From Dicyema japonicum (taxonomy: Eukaryota > Animalia > Dicyemida), in contig RDEW01000017.1 in the NCBI GenBank assembly GCA_011109175.1, positions 248,001-312,000 of the forward strand: DNA of 64,000 nucleotides, given 5' to 3'. The position numbers and the translations under genes are program-made. Positions 63,800 through 64,000 of the stretch are shown here, piece after piece. How positions within the stretch are numbered: position 1 is the stretch's first letter; each line of letters starts with the position of its first letter. The notes under the pieces were generated by a model, which was not told where the DNA came from, ran no database searches, and worked only from the letters and a program-made list of their open reading frames with translations.

Positions 63800-64000
63800 T
63801 TAGTAGACCAGGTAAACGACCTATGGGATGACCATCTTCCTCTTTGAAGTCAGGAAACCTCATGTTTGGGACGTCAACTGCACCAACACATTCGCACCTT
63901 GGACCTACATCAGAATGCTTCTGGAGCCTGCTCGAAAGCTGATAGATCAAAACGAGCAAAATACGCGTTTGTACCCGAGGATGTTTTTTTGTTCCATTCG
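63800..64000 (+). mobile_element. CRE-like RLE fragment
   Basis: RP.GMTIF..WDVNCTNTFA..RSKRAKYAF. Confidence 0.75.

Overview
Eukaryotic, AT-rich nuclear DNA from a fast-evolving animal with extremely short spliceosomal introns (almost all 21-28 nt, GT-AG, standard code). The best fit is a dicyemid mesozoan; a myxozoan is less likely. This assignment is an inference, not a database result. Re-splicing by eye recovers compact genes that the ORF track fragments or misses: glycogen debranching enzyme (AGL, about 24 introns in 5 kb), LRRIQ3, TFIIS, TAF10, a Myc/Max-type bHLH-ZIP, AP-3 beta, CK2 beta, MRPL23, BRD8-like, LCMT1, a catalytically degenerate mitochondrial seryl-tRNA-synthetase paralogue (SLIMP-like), and two unidentified genes. 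Intergenic DNA is saturated with retroelements (RTE, CRE-like, R4/Dong-like, Jockey/CR1-like, probable Penelope), hAT elements, a telomere-like satellite and two SINE families. The most novel-looking signal is SINE family B (about 15 copies). Its core can fold in the helix order of an HDV-like double pseudoknot, and its 3' stem-loop is conserved in structure across different sequences. Scattered 1-nt indels in genes, mostly in homopolymers, look like assembly errors. TE boundaries are approximate.
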